Shown: in pieces, positions 8,423 through 18,813 of the stretch
How positions within the stretch are numbered: position 1 is the first letter of the stretch
How the letters are laid out: the number at the start of each line of letters is the position of its first letter
From: Candidatus Eiseniibacteriota bacterium
GTDB lineage: Bacteria > Eisenbacteria > RBG-16-71-46
Reading direction: 5' to 3'
NCBI GenBank assembly: GCA_041483195.1
Contig: JBGPFC010000001.1
Span: 164,383-228,382, forward strand
Length of the DNA: 64,000 bases
Translations under genes and position numbers: made by a program
Notes under the pieces: model-generated
What the model was told of the DNA's origin: nothing
Seen by the model: the letters and a program-made list of their open reading frames with translations, nothing else
The model's database searches: none

Positions 8423-10423
8423 ATGACCAACGCCGACATCGCACGCATCTTCTCGCGGCTCGCGACCATGCTCGAGATCGACGGCGCGAACCCGTTTCGA
8501 GTTCGCGCCTACCGTGAGGGCGCGCGCATCGTCGAGTCGCAGGCCGAGACCATGGCGTCGCTCGCCGCGGAGGAAGGCCGGCTCGAGGCGCTGCCCGGGA
8601 TCGGAAAGGACCTGGCGGGCAAGATCCGCGACATCGTCGCGAGCGGCTCCACCGAGCTGTACGACCACCTGCAGGCGAAGATCCCGCTCGAGGTGGTGGC
8701 GCTCACCGAGCTGCAGGGGCTGGGGCCCAAGCGCGTGAAGACCCTGTTCGAGACGCTCGGGGTCAAGAACCGCGAGGCGCTCGAGAAGGCGGCGAAGGCC
8801 GGCAGGCTGCGCGACCTCCCCGGCTTCGGCGAGAAGGTCGAGCAGAACGTGCTCAAGGCGCTCGCCACCGCGAACGCGTGGGCGGGCCGCATGCTGCTGG
8901 CCGGCGTGTGGCCGGTGGCGCAAGCGCTCGCCGATCACATCCGAGCGGTGCCCGGCGTCGAGCAGGTGGAGCTCGCTGGCAGCTTCCGCCGCCGCAAGGA
9001 GACGGTCGGCGATCTCGACCTGCTGGTGTGCGGCGGCCACCCCGACCGGGTGATGGAGGCGTTCATCCATCAGACCGACGTGGCCGAGGTGCTCGGCCGC
9101 GGCGACACCAAGTCGTCGGTGCGGCTCGCGAACGGCCTGCAGGTGGACCTCCGTCACGTGCCGCGCGAGTCGTTCGGCGCAGCGCTCCTCTACTTCACAG
9201 GCAGCAAGGAGCACAACATCGAGCTGCGGAAGATCGCGATCGAGAAGGGCCTGAGCCTGAACGAGTACGGGCTCACGCGCGGCAAGCGAATGGAAGCGGG
9301 ACGCACCGAGGAGGAGGTGTATCGCGCGCTCGGACTCAAGTGGATTCCGCCCGAGCTGCGCGAGGCGCACGGCGAGATCGAGCTGTCGCGCTTCTACGAG
9401 CTCCCGGTCCTGATCGAGGAGTCGGACCTGCGCGCCGATCTCCACATGCACAGCGATCGAAGCGACGGACGCGACACGCTGGAAGCCATGGTGCGCGCCG
9501 CGAAGGCGCGCGGCTACGCCTATTGCGCGATCACCGAGCACTCGAAGTCGCTCACCGTGGCGCGCGGCTTCGACGAGGCGCGCGTGCGCATGTCGGTGAG
9601 CGAGATCGCGGCGGTGCGGAAGAAGGTGCCGGGCATCGAGGTGCTGCACGGCCTCGAGGTGGACATTCTCGCCGACGGCGCGCTCGACCTCGACGACGAC
9701 GCGCTCGAGCTGCTGGACTGGGTGATCGTGTCGCTCCATTCGCGACTGGATCAGCCGGCCGAGATCGTGAACGAGCGCGTGCTGCGCGCGCTCGCGCACC
9801 CGGCGGTCAGGGCGATGGCGCATCCCACCGGGCGCCTGATCGGGACGCGCGACGGCGCGGCGCTCGACTTCGAGCGCATCTTCGCGCAGGCCGCGCGGCT
9901 CGGGGTGGCGATGGAGATCAACGCCCAGCCCGATCGCACCGACCTGAGCGACGTGAACGCGCGGCTCGCCCGCGAGCTGGGGGTGCGCATCGTGATCGAC
10001 ACCGACGCGCACTCCACGGTGCAGCTCGACGCGATCCGCTACGGGGTGTTCGCGGCGCGGCGCGCGGGGCTCACGAAGACGGACGTGCTCAACGCGCTCC
10101 CCTACGCCGAGTTTCGGGAGGCGGTGCGTACGCCGGCCAGGAAGACGATTCCCGCGCCGCCCGCGCCCGAGCCGGGCGCGAAGGGCGGCACGAAGCCCAC
10201 CGCGAAATCGGGCGCGAAGACCGGCACGAAGACCGGCACGAAGACCGGCGCGAAGACCACCGCGAAGACCACCGCGAAGACCGGCGCGAGGCCCGGCGCC
10301 GGCGCCGGGCGCAAGACCGCGCCGAAACCGGCGGGCGCCACCGCGGCGAAGCGGGCCGGCCGCGCGGCGCCACGCGCCGGAAGCAAGCGCGGCCCCGCGA
10401 AGAAACCCGCGCGCGGGCGATGA
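8423..10423 (+). CDS. polX: DNA polymerase/3'-5' exonuclease PolX (PolX + PHP) with Lys/Thr/Ala/Gly-rich repeat tail
   Basis: NPFRVRAY, GSFRR, catalytic GDLD and QVDLR, YFTGSKEHN, LNEYG; PHP motifs DLHMH, AHPTGR and DTDAH. Confidence 0.95.
   Translation: MTNADIARIFSRLATMLEIDGANPFRVRAYREGARIVESQAETMASLAAEEGRLEALPGIGKDLAGKIRDIVASGSTELYDHLQAKIPLEVVALTELQGLGPKRVKTLFETLGVKNREALEKAAKAGRLRDLPGFGEKVEQNVLKALATANAWAGRMLLAGVWPVAQALADHIRAVPGVEQVELAGSFRRRKETVGDLDLLVCGGHPDRVMEAFIHQTDVAEVLGRGDTKSSVRLANGLQVDLRHVPRESFGAALLYFTGSKEHNIELRKIAIEKGLSLNEYGLTRGKRMEAGRTEEEVYRALGLKWIPPELREAHGEIELSRFYELPVLIEESDLRADLHMHSDRSDGRDTLEAMVRAAKARGYAYCAITEHSKSLTVARGFDEARVRMSVSEIAAVRKKVPGIEVLHGLEVDILADGALDLDDDALELLDWVIVSLHSRLDQPAEIVNERVLRALAHPAVRAMAHPTGRLIGTRDGAALDFERIFAQAARLGVAMEINAQPDRTDLSDVNARLARELGVRIVIDTDAHSTVQLDAIRYGVFAARRAGLTKTDVLNALPYAEFREAVRTPARKTIPAPPAPEPGAKGGTKPTAKSGAKTGTKTGTKTGAKTTAKTTAKTGARPGAGAGRKTAPKPAGATAAKRAGRAAPRAGSKRGPAKKPARGR
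10178..10297 (+). repeat. Ten degenerate 12-bp tandem units (consensus RCGAAGACCRSC) encoding [A/T]-K-[T/G/P/S]-[G/T] tetrapeptides in the polX tail
   Basis: Units read GCGAAGGGCGGC, ACGAAGCCCACC, GCGAAATCGGGC, GCGAAGACCGGC, ACGAAGACCGGC x2, GCGAAGACCACC x2, GCGAAGACCGGC, GCGAGGCCCGGC. Confidence 0.9.
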
Positions 10424-10911
10424 CGGCACCCGCTTCCGCGCGCGCACGGCTGGCGGCGGTCGTGCTCTTCGCGTCAGCGATGGGCTGGCTCGAGGCGGTG
10501 GTGGTGGTGTACATCCGGGGGTTGCTCGGCATCGGGCACGTCGCGAGCTATCCGCCCGAGCGTGAGATGATGTCGCGATTCCAATCGCTCCCCTGGCTGT
10601 TGCCCACCGAGCAGACCCGCGAGGCCGCCACCCTCCTCATGCTCGGGGCGGTCGCATGGCTCGCCGCACGCACCCGCCCCGCGCGGATCGGGGCGTTGCT
10701 CGTGGCGTTCGGGGTCTGGGACGTCGCGTATTACGCCGGCCTCTTCGCCATGCTTCGGTGGCCCCCGAGCCTCGGCACCTACGACCTGCTGTTTCTCATC
10801 CCGCCCGGCCCATGGTGGTACCAGCCGGTGTGGCTCCCGCTCGCGGTCTCGGCGGCAATGATCATCCTCGGCGCGCGCCTGGTGCTCGCGGAGGCGCCGG
10901 GGGGCGGCTGA
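10420..10911 (+). CDS. Conserved-looking hypothetical membrane protein
   Basis: ATGA overlap with the polX stop; about 4-5 hydrophobic segments; AMGWLEAVVVVY, EQTREAAT, WDVAYY and DLLFLIP motifs. Confidence 0.75.
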   Translation: MTAPASARARLAAVVLFASAMGWLEAVVVVYIRGLLGIGHVASYPPEREMMSRFQSLPWLLPTEQTREAATLLMLGAVAWLAARTRPARIGALLVAFGVWDVAYYAGLFAMLRWPPSLGTYDLLFLIPPGPWWYQPVWLPLAVSAAMIILGARLVLAEAPGGG

Positions 10912-11052
10912 CCCGCGCCGGCGGCGCGCGTCACGCGACTGAAGTTCCACACGCCCACTGCCGAAAACCAGTCGCACACCCCCTCGTTGCTCCGATCAGG
11001 CAGCCCCCCCTCCGCTGCCGGCTTTGCACGCACATTCACGCAGGAGACGGCA

Positions 11053-13296
11053 TTGCCGGTGGATCCCGATACGGGCCACGCGCGGGAGGATCGCGCGCGC
11101 GCGGCCGCACGCGACCTGCGGAGCGCCGCGGATCGCGAGATCGCTCGCCGGTCCACGCCCGGAACGATTCTGTATGTCGTCGCGTGGCTGGCGCTGGCCT
11201 TCGGCACCCCTTACCGCTCGCACCACGCGACGGTCGTCTATGGCGTGGGCGCGGCCCTGTTGGTCGCGGCCGCGCTCCGTCTGTGGCTCGGGCTCGCGTT
11301 CGAAAGCCTGTACGCCATGGACCCCGCGCGGTGGAGAATGCTGTTCCGTGTGGGCGTGATGGCATCGGGCGCGATCTGGGGCGCCTTCACGGCGATCACG
11401 CTGAGGCTGTTCGGCCTCGAGCAGACCTCGCTGCTCGTGACGCTGGCGGCCGCGGGGATTGGCACCGGCGGAATGACGACGCTCGCCCCCGACCGTGGAC
11501 TCCAGCGCTCGTTTCTCGCGCTGCTGATCGGCACTCCGATCGTCGTCCTCGGGGCGCGGGGCGACCCCGGCGCGGCGTCGCTCACGATCCTGCTGATCGT
11601 GTTTCTCGGCTTCACGCTGTTCGAGGGCACCTACCTCAGCCGGGAATACCGGCAATGGCTCGCGAATCGCGCCCTGCTGGAGGATCGCGCCCGCCAGCTC
11701 GAGGATGCGCGCCGGCAGGCGGAGCGCGCGCTCGAGATCAAGTCGGAGTTCCTCGCGAACATGAGCCACGAAATTCGCACGCCGATGAACGGCGTGATCG
11801 GGATGACCGAGCTGCTGCTCGACGGCGAGCTCGACGATCAACAGCGCGACTACGCGACGACGATCCGCAGCAGCGCCGACTCGCTGCTCGGCGTCCTCAA
11901 CGACATCCTCGATTTCTCGAAGATCGAAGCCGGCAAGATGACGTTCGAGTCGGTGGACTTCGATCTGCGCTCGGTGGTCGAGGAGGTGGCGGAGCTGCTC
12001 GCGCCCAGGGCCCGCGCGAAGGGCCTCGAGCTGGTGTGCGACGTCCCGATGGGTTTTCCGGAGCGGCTGCGCGGCGATCCCTCGCGGTTGCGCCAGGTGC
12101 TCGTGAACCTCACCACCAACGCGATCAAGTTCACGCCGCGGGGCGAGGTCACGATCGAGGCCCGGGTGCGAGAGGTGTCTTCGACCGGCGCGACGGTCCG
12201 GGTCGCGGTGCGCGACACGGGGATCGGAATCTCCCGCGAGCGTCACGCCGCCGTGTGGGAGAGCTTCACGCAGGCGGACGGCAGCACGACCCGCGAGTTC
12301 GGCGGCACCGGCCTCGGGCTCAGCATCTCGCGCAGGATCGTCGAGCTGATGGGCGGCTGCATGGGCCTCGAGAGCGCGCCGTGCGCCGGAAGCACCTTCT
12401 GGCTCGAGCTGTCGCTCGATGCGCCCCCGGCCGGCGACACGCGAGGCGACACCCGGGCGGCGCGCCCCGAGTCGTCGCTGCGCGGCGCACACGTCCTGGT
12501 GGTTGACGACAACGCGACCAACCGCGCGATCCTCTCCGCACAGTTGCGGGCCTGGGGCGCGCGGCCTTCCCTCGCGGCGGACGGGGAGGCCGCGTGCACG
12601 CTGGCGCGCGCCGCCCAAGACGATCCGTTCGACCTGGTGCTGCTCGACATGATGATGCCGCGGATGGACGGCCATCAGGCGGCGGCCGCGATCCGCGCGG
12701 AGCCCGGTCATGCCGACGTCTCGCTGGTGCTGCTGTCTTCGGCCGCGGCGCTCGGCGATCCCGATGAGCTGACCGCGAAGGGATTCGTCGCCTGGCTTCA
12801 CAAGCCGGTGCGACAGGCCCAGCTCCTGAACACGCTCGCGGCGGTGCTCGACCACACGGCGGTGCGGCGCTCCGGAAACCGCTCGCGCCGGATCCATGAC
12901 GCGGCCAGCGATGCGTTGCGCGGGCTCCGCGTGCTGCTCGCCGAGGACCATCCGGTCAACCGCAAGGTCGCGACCCGGCTGCTGGAGCGCGCCGGCATCG
13001 AAGTGGTGCCCGCCACCAACGGCATCGAGGCGGTGGAGACCTTCGCTCGCGGCGCTTTCGATTTCGTGCTGATGGACGTCCAGATGCCGTTGATGGACGG
13101 GCTCGAGGCCGCCGCCGAGATCCGCCGCCGCGAGCTCCCCGGCGCGAAGCGCACCCCCCTGATCGCGCTCACCGCGAACGCCATGCAGGGCGATCGGGAG
13201 CGCTGCATCGCGGCCGGGATGGATGACTACCTTCCCAAACCGTTCAACGCCTCGGATCTGGAACAAACGCTCGGGCGCTGGCTGCGCGCGGCCTGA
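11053..13296 (+). CDS. Hybrid sensor histidine kinase (multi-TM, HisKA, HATPase, two receiver domains)
   Basis: H-box [16 protein letters not shown]-box [15 protein letters not shown] and GGTGLGL; receivers VVDD...LLDMMMP and LAED...LMDVQMP. TTG 11053 follows AGGAG (ORF track starts at 10987). Confidence 0.92.
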   Translation: MPVDPDTGHAREDRARAAARDLRSAADREIARRSTPGTILYVVAWLALAFGTPYRSHHATVVYGVGAALLVAAALRLWLGLAFESLYAMDPARWRMLFRVGVMASGAIWGAFTAITLRLFGLEQTSLLVTLAAAGIGTGGMTTLAPDRGLQRSFLALLIGTPIVVLGARGDPGAASLTILLIVFLGFTLFEGTYLSREYRQWLANRALLEDRARQLEDARRQAERALEIKSEFLANMSHEIRTPMNGVIGMTELLLDGELDDQQRDYATTIRSSADSLLGVLNDILDFSKIEAGKMTFESVDFDLRSVVEEVAELLAPRARAKGLELVCDVPMGFPERLRGDPSRLRQVLVNLTTNAIKFTPRGEVTIEARVREVSSTGATVRVAVRDTGIGISRERHAAVWESFTQADGSTTREFGGTGLGLSISRRIVELMGGCMGLESAPCAGSTFWLELSLDAPPAGDTRGDTRAARPESSLRGAHVLVVDDNATNRAILSAQLRAWGARPSLAADGEAACTLARAAQDDPFDLVLLDMMMPRMDGHQAAAAIRAEPGHADVSLVLLSSAAALGDPDELTAKGFVAWLHKPVRQAQLLNTLAAVLDHTAVRRSGNRSRRIHDAASDALRGLRVLLAEDHPVNRKVATRLLERAGIEVVPATNGIEAVETFARGAFDFVLMDVQMPLMDGLEAAAEIRRRELPGAKRTPLIALTANAMQGDRERCIAAGMDDYLPKPFNASDLEQTLGRWLRAA

Positions 13297-13310
13297 GCAG
13301 GGAGAACTTC

Positions 13311-13688
13311 ATGAATCGAGACGAACGTTCCACCGACACGCCCGCGGTGTTCGTGTTCGAGCGGCTGAACGAGATCTGCACCGGCGACTCCGAATTCGAA
13401 CGCGAGCTGCTCGGCGAATTCCTGCATGGCTCCCCCGTCCTGCTCGCCCGGGCGCGGGCCGCGATCGCGGCCGCCGACGCGTCAGAACTGGAGCAGGCCG
13501 CTCACAGCCTCAAGGGCAGCGCGCGCACGCTGGGCGCGGATGCGCTCGGGGCGGCGCTGTTCGCGCTCGAGACCATGGGGCGCAACGGCGACCTCTCCCC
13601 GGCGAGCCCGGGGCTCGAGCGCGCCGAAGCGGAGTTCGAGCGGGTGCGAACGCTGCTCGAGGAGCACCTGCGCAAGTCGGCGGCCTGA
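13311..13688 (+). CDS. Hpt (histidine phosphotransfer) protein
   Basis: AAHSLKGSARTLGA motif, 14 nt after the hybrid kinase. Confidence 0.9.
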   Translation: MNRDERSTDTPAVFVFERLNEICTGDSEFERELLGEFLHGSPVLLARARAAIAAADASELEQAAHSLKGSARTLGADALGAALFALETMGRNGDLSPASPGLERAEAEFERVRTLLEEHLRKSAA

Positions 13689-13733
13689 GCCTCGCGAGGC
13701 TACGGCGGCCGCTGCCCCGCGGCGGGAGTGCCG

Positions 13734-15332
13734 CTAGGTGATCTTCTCGGCGATCGACTTGGACTGCAGGAAGAGCAGCAGGTAGTCGCGCCCGCCGGCC
13801 TTCGAGTCGGTGCCGCTCATGTTGAAGCCGCCGAACGGGTGCGCGCCCACCATGGCTCCGGTGCACTTGCGGTTGATGTAGAGGTTCCCAACGAAGAATT
13901 CGCGCCTCGCCCGCTCGATCTTGGCGGGGTTCTTCGTGTACACCGCGCCGGTGAGGCCGTAGTCGGTGCCGTTCGCGACCGCCAGCGCCTCGTCGAAGCT
14001 CTTCACGGGAATCACCGCCAGCACCGGCCCGAAGATCTCCTCCTGCGCGATGGTCGCGCCGTGCTTCACGTCGGCGATCACCGTGGGGTGGATGAAATAG
14101 CCGTCCTTCCCGGCGACCGCGCCGCCGCCGGTGACGAGACGGCCCTCGCGCTTGCCGGTCTCGATGTACGCGAGGATCTTGTCGCGCGCCGCGGCGTTCA
14201 CCACCGGTCCCAGCGAGACGCCGTAGTGATCCGGCTCGCCGACCGTGATCTTATCGACTTGCGCCTTGAGCTTCGCGAGAAACGCGTCGTAGACCTTTTC
14301 GCTGACGATGGCGCGCGAGCAGGCCGAGCACTTCTGGCCCTGGAAGCCGAACGCTGACGCCGCCACGCCGGCCGCCGCCGCGTCCAGGTCGCCTTCCTCG
14401 TCCACGATGATCGCGTCCTTGCCCCCCATCTCGGCGACCACCCGCTTGAGCCAGATCTGCCCGGGCTGGACGTCGGCGGCGAGGCGGTTGATGCCGACCC
14501 CGACCTCGCGCGATCCCGTGAAGGAGACGAAGCGCGTCCGGGGGTGGCGCACCAGGGTGTCACCCACGGTGCCGCCGCCGCCGCTCACGAAGTTGAAGAC
14601 GCCCGGGGGCAGCCCGATCTCTTCCATGAGCGCGAAGAACTGCCACGCGACCGCCGGCGAATCGCTCGATGGCTTGACCACCACGGTATTGCCCGACACG
14701 ATCGCGGCGCTGGTCATGCCGACGCAGATCGCGAGCGGGAAGTTCCAGGGCGGGATGATCGCGCCGACCCCGAGCGGGATGTAGACCATCTGGTCCCTCT
14801 CCCCCGGCATCTGCGTCACGGGCGGCGGCGCGTCGTATCGCAGCATCTCGCGCGCGTAGAACTCCATGAAGTCGATCGCCTCCGCGGTATCGCCGTCGGC
14901 CTCCGCCCAGCTCTTGCCCACCTCGAGCACCATCCACGCCGAAAACGTGTGGCGGCGTTCGCGCATGCGGCGCGCGGCCTCGATCAGGTAGGCGGCACGC
15001 TCGGCGGCGGGCACGCGGCTCCAGCTCGCGAACGCCGCGGTCGCGACCTCCACCGCACGGCTCGCCTGCTCGCGGCTCGCGGACTGGAACCGGCCCAGCA
15101 CCTCGGAGGGGCGCGCCGGGTTGCGGCTCTCGAAAGTCTTCTCGCCCTTCTCGCGCGCTCCCCCGATGACGAGCGGCCGCTCCTGCTCGAGCTGCGAGCG
15201 CACCTCGGCGAGCGCCTTCTCGAAAGCCGCGCGATGCTCGGGCTGGCTGAAGTCCACGTAGGTCGTGGGCCGGTATTCGGGGAGCGTGCCGGCTTCGACC
15301 GGCGCGAGCGGGCGGGTGGTGGTCGGGTTCAT
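13734..15332 (-). CDS. pruA: 1-pyrroline-5-carboxylate (L-glutamate gamma-semialdehyde) dehydrogenase
   Basis: EAIDFMEFY, PWNFPLAI, FTGS, AEMGGK, GQKCSACS, EEIFGP and NLYINRKCTGA..PFGG. Confidence 0.92.
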   Translation of the reverse strand: MNPTTTRPLAPVEAGTLPEYRPTTYVDFSQPEHRAAFEKALAEVRSQLEQERPLVIGGAREKGEKTFESRNPARPSEVLGRFQSASREQASRAVEVATAAFASWSRVPAAERAAYLIEAARRMRERRHTFSAWMVLEVGKSWAEADGDTAEAIDFMEFYAREMLRYDAPPPVTQMPGERDQMVYIPLGVGAIIPPWNFPLAICVGMTSAAIVSGNTVVVKPSSDSPAVAWQFFALMEEIGLPPGVFNFVSGGGGTVGDTLVRHPRTRFVSFTGSREVGVGINRLAADVQPGQIWLKRVVAEMGGKDAIIVDEEGDLDAAAAGVAASAFGFQGQKCSACSRAIVSEKVYDAFLAKLKAQVDKITVGEPDHYGVSLGPVVNAAARDKILAYIETGKREGRLVTGGGAVAGKDGYFIHPTVIADVKHGATIAQEEIFGPVLAVIPVKSFDEALAVANGTDYGLTGAVYTKNPAKIERARREFFVGNLYINRKCTGAMVGAHPFGGFNMSGTDSKAGGRDYLLLFLQSKSIAEKIT

Positions 15333-15412
15333 CGGGTCCTCCGCGGGCGGCGCGCACGCCGCGATGATGGTCGTGTGATGCGCGAACGAGGCAGTCTACC
15401 GCAGAGGCGCGA

Positions 15413-18400
15413 TCAGCGCATGAGCAGCATCTTGCGCGTCGCCGAGAACTCGCCCGCCCGCAGGCGATAGATGTAGATCCCCGAGCGCACGCTCTCCGTG
15501 CTCCACCCGCCGTATGGCGCGACGCCCGGCTCGAACGGCACGGCGAAGTTGCCGGGACCCTGCTCGCCCCTGACCAGCGTCGCGACCAGCTGTCCCTGCA
15601 GGTTGAACACGTCGAGCCGCACCTCGGTGCGCACCGGCAGCGCGTACCGGATCAGGGTCACGCGGCTGAACGGATTGGGCCGGTTGGGGGAAAGCGTGAA
15701 AGCGGTGGGCAGGCCGATGCCGGTCACGGCGACGCTGGAGATGGCCTCCGCGCGCAGCTCGAGGTTGCCCGACCCGCTCGCGGCGTTCGTCGAGAAGGTG
15801 AGCATGGCGGTGTCGCGCCCCACGATTGTCGGGTGGAAGTAGACGCCGAGCGTGTCCGATGCTCCGGGCGGAATGACGAGCGAGGTGCGGCCCGGCCAGA
15901 AGGCGGACTTGCTGCACGCGACGAGCGAGATCGAGACCGGCGCCGACCCCGGGTTCGAAAGGTGCAGCGTGTCCGAGATCGTGGTGCTCACCGGCGTCTG
16001 TCCGAGATCGAGCGGCGATGGCGAAGCGGCGAATCCCGGCACCGTGATGCCGAAGCCGAGCGCGCTCGAGTCTCGTGCCGGCCCCTCGTGCTGGAGCACG
16101 CGCACCCGCGCCTGGGTCGCGGGGGCGTTCGGCAGCAGCCAGAGATAGGCGCCGCCGGCGGCGGCCACGCTGTCGGCGATCGAGATCCACGGCGAAGCGG
16201 GCGCGGTCTGGTAGGCGAGATCGACGTCGCTGACCAGCGCGCTCTGCCACTGGATCAGGTGATTGCTCGCGTACTGCCAGATCTCGCCACCCACCGGCGA
16301 CGTGAGGTGGAGCCTCAGCGTATCGGTGCCCGCTCCGGCGAGCGGGACCCGGACCGAAGCGGCATTGTATGCGTTGCTGGCCATCGTCAGCGTGTCGCCG
16401 TAACCGATCACGAGGCTCGGCAGGAACGTGACGCCGATCGTGTCACGGGCTCCGGGCGCCAGCGTCAGCATGGAGCGTCCGGGATGGAACGCGCTCCCTC
16501 CCACGGTGATCGAGCTCACGTCGAGGCTCGCGGTGCCGGTGTTGGCGACCACCACGCTGTCGAGCGCGGCGCTGCCGATCGCGTGGGGGCCGAAGTCGAT
16601 GGCCGCTGGCGTCACGCTCACGAGCGGCAGCGCGATGGTGAAGGCGGCGCTCGACGAATCCGCCGGCGAGCCGTCCCATGCGTCGCTCACCCGGATCATC
16701 GCGTCGCCGCTGGCGACGTTCGGCACCGTCCAATCGTAGCTGCCCTTGTATCCCTCGACATCGGCCACGTGCTGCCATGGGGAGGCGTAGGAGGTGCGGT
16801 ACTCGATGCGGGCGAGCGCGACCCGGGGCGCGCTCCACTGAATGGTGTGGACCGAGCCCGCCGCCCACACCTCGCCGCCATCGGGAACGGAGAGCGCGAG
16901 GCTCTGCCCGCTGGTGATCGGCATGGTCTGGGTCACGCCCAGCTTGAACAAGCCGCCACTCTGGGTGGCGAACATCAGCGCGCGGTCCCTGGCGAAGACG
17001 GAGTAGTTCGAGCCGGCGATCCCGGTCTGCGTCGTGAAGGTGTTGACGTCCCCGCCCTGAAACGACATGTAGATGATGCCGCCGCTGTAGAGGCCGAACA
17101 GCACCACGTTCGGATCGTCGCGCGCGATGTCGGTGCCCCAGGTCGATCCGGTGGTGTGCACGCGCGGCCAGGTGAGACCGTAGTCGGAGGTGCGCTCCAC
17201 GCCGCCGGTGGACCAGTTGGTCGCGAAGGTGCGCCAGTTGCGGAGCCGGGAGCACGACAGGCCGGGCACCTCGGATCCCGCCACCGTCGCCTGCGTCGTG
17301 AACTCGGTCGAGTTCGCGGAGCGCCATAGCTTGCCCTGGCCGCTCCCGGTGATGCCGTCTCCGACCTCGATCACGCTGCTGCCGCTCTCCGGTACCACCA
17401 CGATGTCACACGGGCTCCTGAAGATCGTGGTGGACCAGGGCTGGAACGTCTGGCCGCGGTCGATCGAGCGGTAGAGCACGTCGTTGTCGAGACCGAGGTA
17501 CAGCGTGTCCGGACGATCAGGATCCATCTCGAGCGGAATGCCGTACTCACCGAAGTTCGCGGCGTACGCGACGTTCCAGGTGACGCCGGCGTCCGGGCTG
17601 TACACGATGCGGTTCGGGATGCCGCTCGCCGCGATGAAGTAGTTTGAATCCTTGGGCGAGACCACGAACGCGTTGGTCTTGTAGGTGTTGACGCCCGGGA
17701 TGTTCCCGATCGCAATCCAGCTCTCGCCTTCGTTGAAACTGCGATAGACGATGTTGCCGAGGGCGCAATAGACCGTGTTCTTATTGAGCGGATTCACCGC
17801 GACGGTCGCGCCGCGCACCGAGCCCGCGAACGGAATCTTCTGGACCCAGTTGCGCGTGGCGACCGAGCCGCTCGGCATGGCCCAGGTGTCGCCTCCGTCG
17901 GTGGTGCGCATCACGGCTCGCACGCGCGGGCTGGCGGCCCAGCCGTTCGGTCCCACGAAATGGAGATCGGAGATACCGCCCTGGAGCGTATGCACCAGGA
18001 ACTGCCAGGTCGCGCCGCCGTCCGCGCTGCGGCGGATGAAGCCGCCTCCACCCGCGATGTACACCGAGTCTGCGCTCTGCAACCACACGGCGCGCACGTC
18101 GGGCCCCAGGTCGGCATGGAGGTCGAGCTGGGCGAACGAGACACCGCCGTCGATGCTGCGAAACGCGGTGGCGTCGTCGCCCACCGCCCACACCGCGAGC
18201 CCGTAGGAGTCCACGCATTCGAGGACGTTGGCGGTGCCGAGCGGAACCGGCGTCCAGTTCGCGCCGCCATCCGCGGTGTTCGCGAGGAATCCGGAGGCGC
18301 CCGCGATCCAGCCGTTGCGCGCGTCGCGGAATCGCACCGCGTTGAGCTGGACGCCCGTACCGCTCGCCTGCGCGGACCAGGTCGCGCCGCCATCGATGGA

Positions 18401-18793
18401 GAGCAGCACCGTTCCGCCCGCGCCCACCGCGAACAGGCTGTCGTTCGACGCCGATTCGACGCGTCGCAGCGACGGCGCGCCGGGGGCAGTCTGCAGCGAC
18501 CAGGTCCCGCCGTTGTCGGTGCTGCGCCAGATGTGCCCGCTGTCGCCCACCGCGACGATCGTGAATCCGCGGGCGGCCACGCCTCGCAGCGGCCCCGAGC
18601 CGAGCGTGGAGCTGCTCCAGGTCGAGCCGCCGTCGAGTGAGCGGAACAGGGCGCCGGAGTCGGCCACCGCGATGACGTCGTACGCGTCGCGCGATGTGAC
18701 GGCGTTGAAAAACTGCGCCCGCGCCGGCGCGGCCCCGAACAGCAGGAGCAGCGAGGCCAGCGCCGCCCAGTCCGTACGATGCCTCGTCCGCAT
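15413..18793 (-). CDS. Large secreted YCF48/BNR-repeat protein with Ig-like (ASH/choice-of-anchor D-like) domains and a T9SS type A-like C-terminal domain
   Basis: Signal peptide (ARA-Q); many S/T-x-DGG-x-x-W repeats; two 'GGE-x-W' Ig modules; two 'NxG..L/V' ASH-like modules; C-terminus PNRPNPF...SGIYIYRL...TRKMLLMR. Confidence 0.8.
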   Translation of the reverse strand: MRTRHRTDWAALASLLLLFGAAPARAQFFNAVTSRDAYDVIAVADSGALFRSLDGGSTWSSSTLGSGPLRGVAARGFTIVAVGDSGHIWRSTDNGGTWSLQTAPGAPSLRRVESASNDSLFAVGAGGTVLLSIDGGATWSAQASGTGVQLNAVRFRDARNGWIAGASGFLANTADGGANWTPVPLGTANVLECVDSYGLAVWAVGDDATAFRSIDGGVSFAQLDLHADLGPDVRAVWLQSADSVYIAGGGGFIRRSADGGATWQFLVHTLQGGISDLHFVGPNGWAASPRVRAVMRTTDGGDTWAMPSGSVATRNWVQKIPFAGSVRGATVAVNPLNKNTVYCALGNIVYRSFNEGESWIAIGNIPGVNTYKTNAFVVSPKDSNYFIAASGIPNRIVYSPDAGVTWNVAYAANFGEYGIPLEMDPDRPDTLYLGLDNDVLYRSIDRGQTFQPWSTTIFRSPCDIVVVPESGSSVIEVGDGITGSGQGKLWRSANSTEFTTQATVAGSEVPGLSCSRLRNWRTFATNWSTGGVERTSDYGLTWPRVHTTGSTWGTDIARDDPNVVLFGLYSGGIIYMSFQGGDVNTFTTQTGIAGSNYSVFARDRALMFATQSGGLFKLGVTQTMPITSGQSLALSVPDGGEVWAAGSVHTIQWSAPRVALARIEYRTSYASPWQHVADVEGYKGSYDWTVPNVASGDAMIRVSDAWDGSPADSSSAAFTIALPLVSVTPAAIDFGPHAIGSAALDSVVVANTGTASLDVSSITVGGSAFHPGRSMLTLAPGARDTIGVTFLPSLVIGYGDTLTMASNAYNAASVRVPLAGAGTDTLRLHLTSPVGGEIWQYASNHLIQWQSALVSDVDLAYQTAPASPWISIADSVAAAGGAYLWLLPNAPATQARVRVLQHEGPARDSSALGFGITVPGFAASPSPLDLGQTPVSTTISDTLHLSNPGSAPVSISLVACSKSAFWPGRTSLVIPPGASDTLGVYFHPTIVGRDTAMLTFSTNAASGSGNLELRAEAISSVAVTGIGLPTAFTLSPNRPNPFSRVTLIRYALPVRTEVRLDVFNLQGQLVATLVRGEQGPGNFAVPFEPGVAPYGGWSTESVRSGIYIYRLRAGEFSATRKMLLMR

Positions 18794-18813
18794 GGGGTGC
18801 CCTCTGCGAGGTG

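Noticed and set aside
6172..8469. Long antisense ORFs (also 8210..10447, 10996..13266, 19711..22545, 31782..34037, 50596..54237, 56198..58441, 59760..61652, 62277..63965)
   Set aside because: They shadow well-supported genes on the opposite strand, lack recognisable motifs, and are expected from stop-codon scarcity at high GC.
10178..10297. CRISPR-like array
   Set aside because: The units are 12 bp, contiguous, have no spacers and are in frame within polX.
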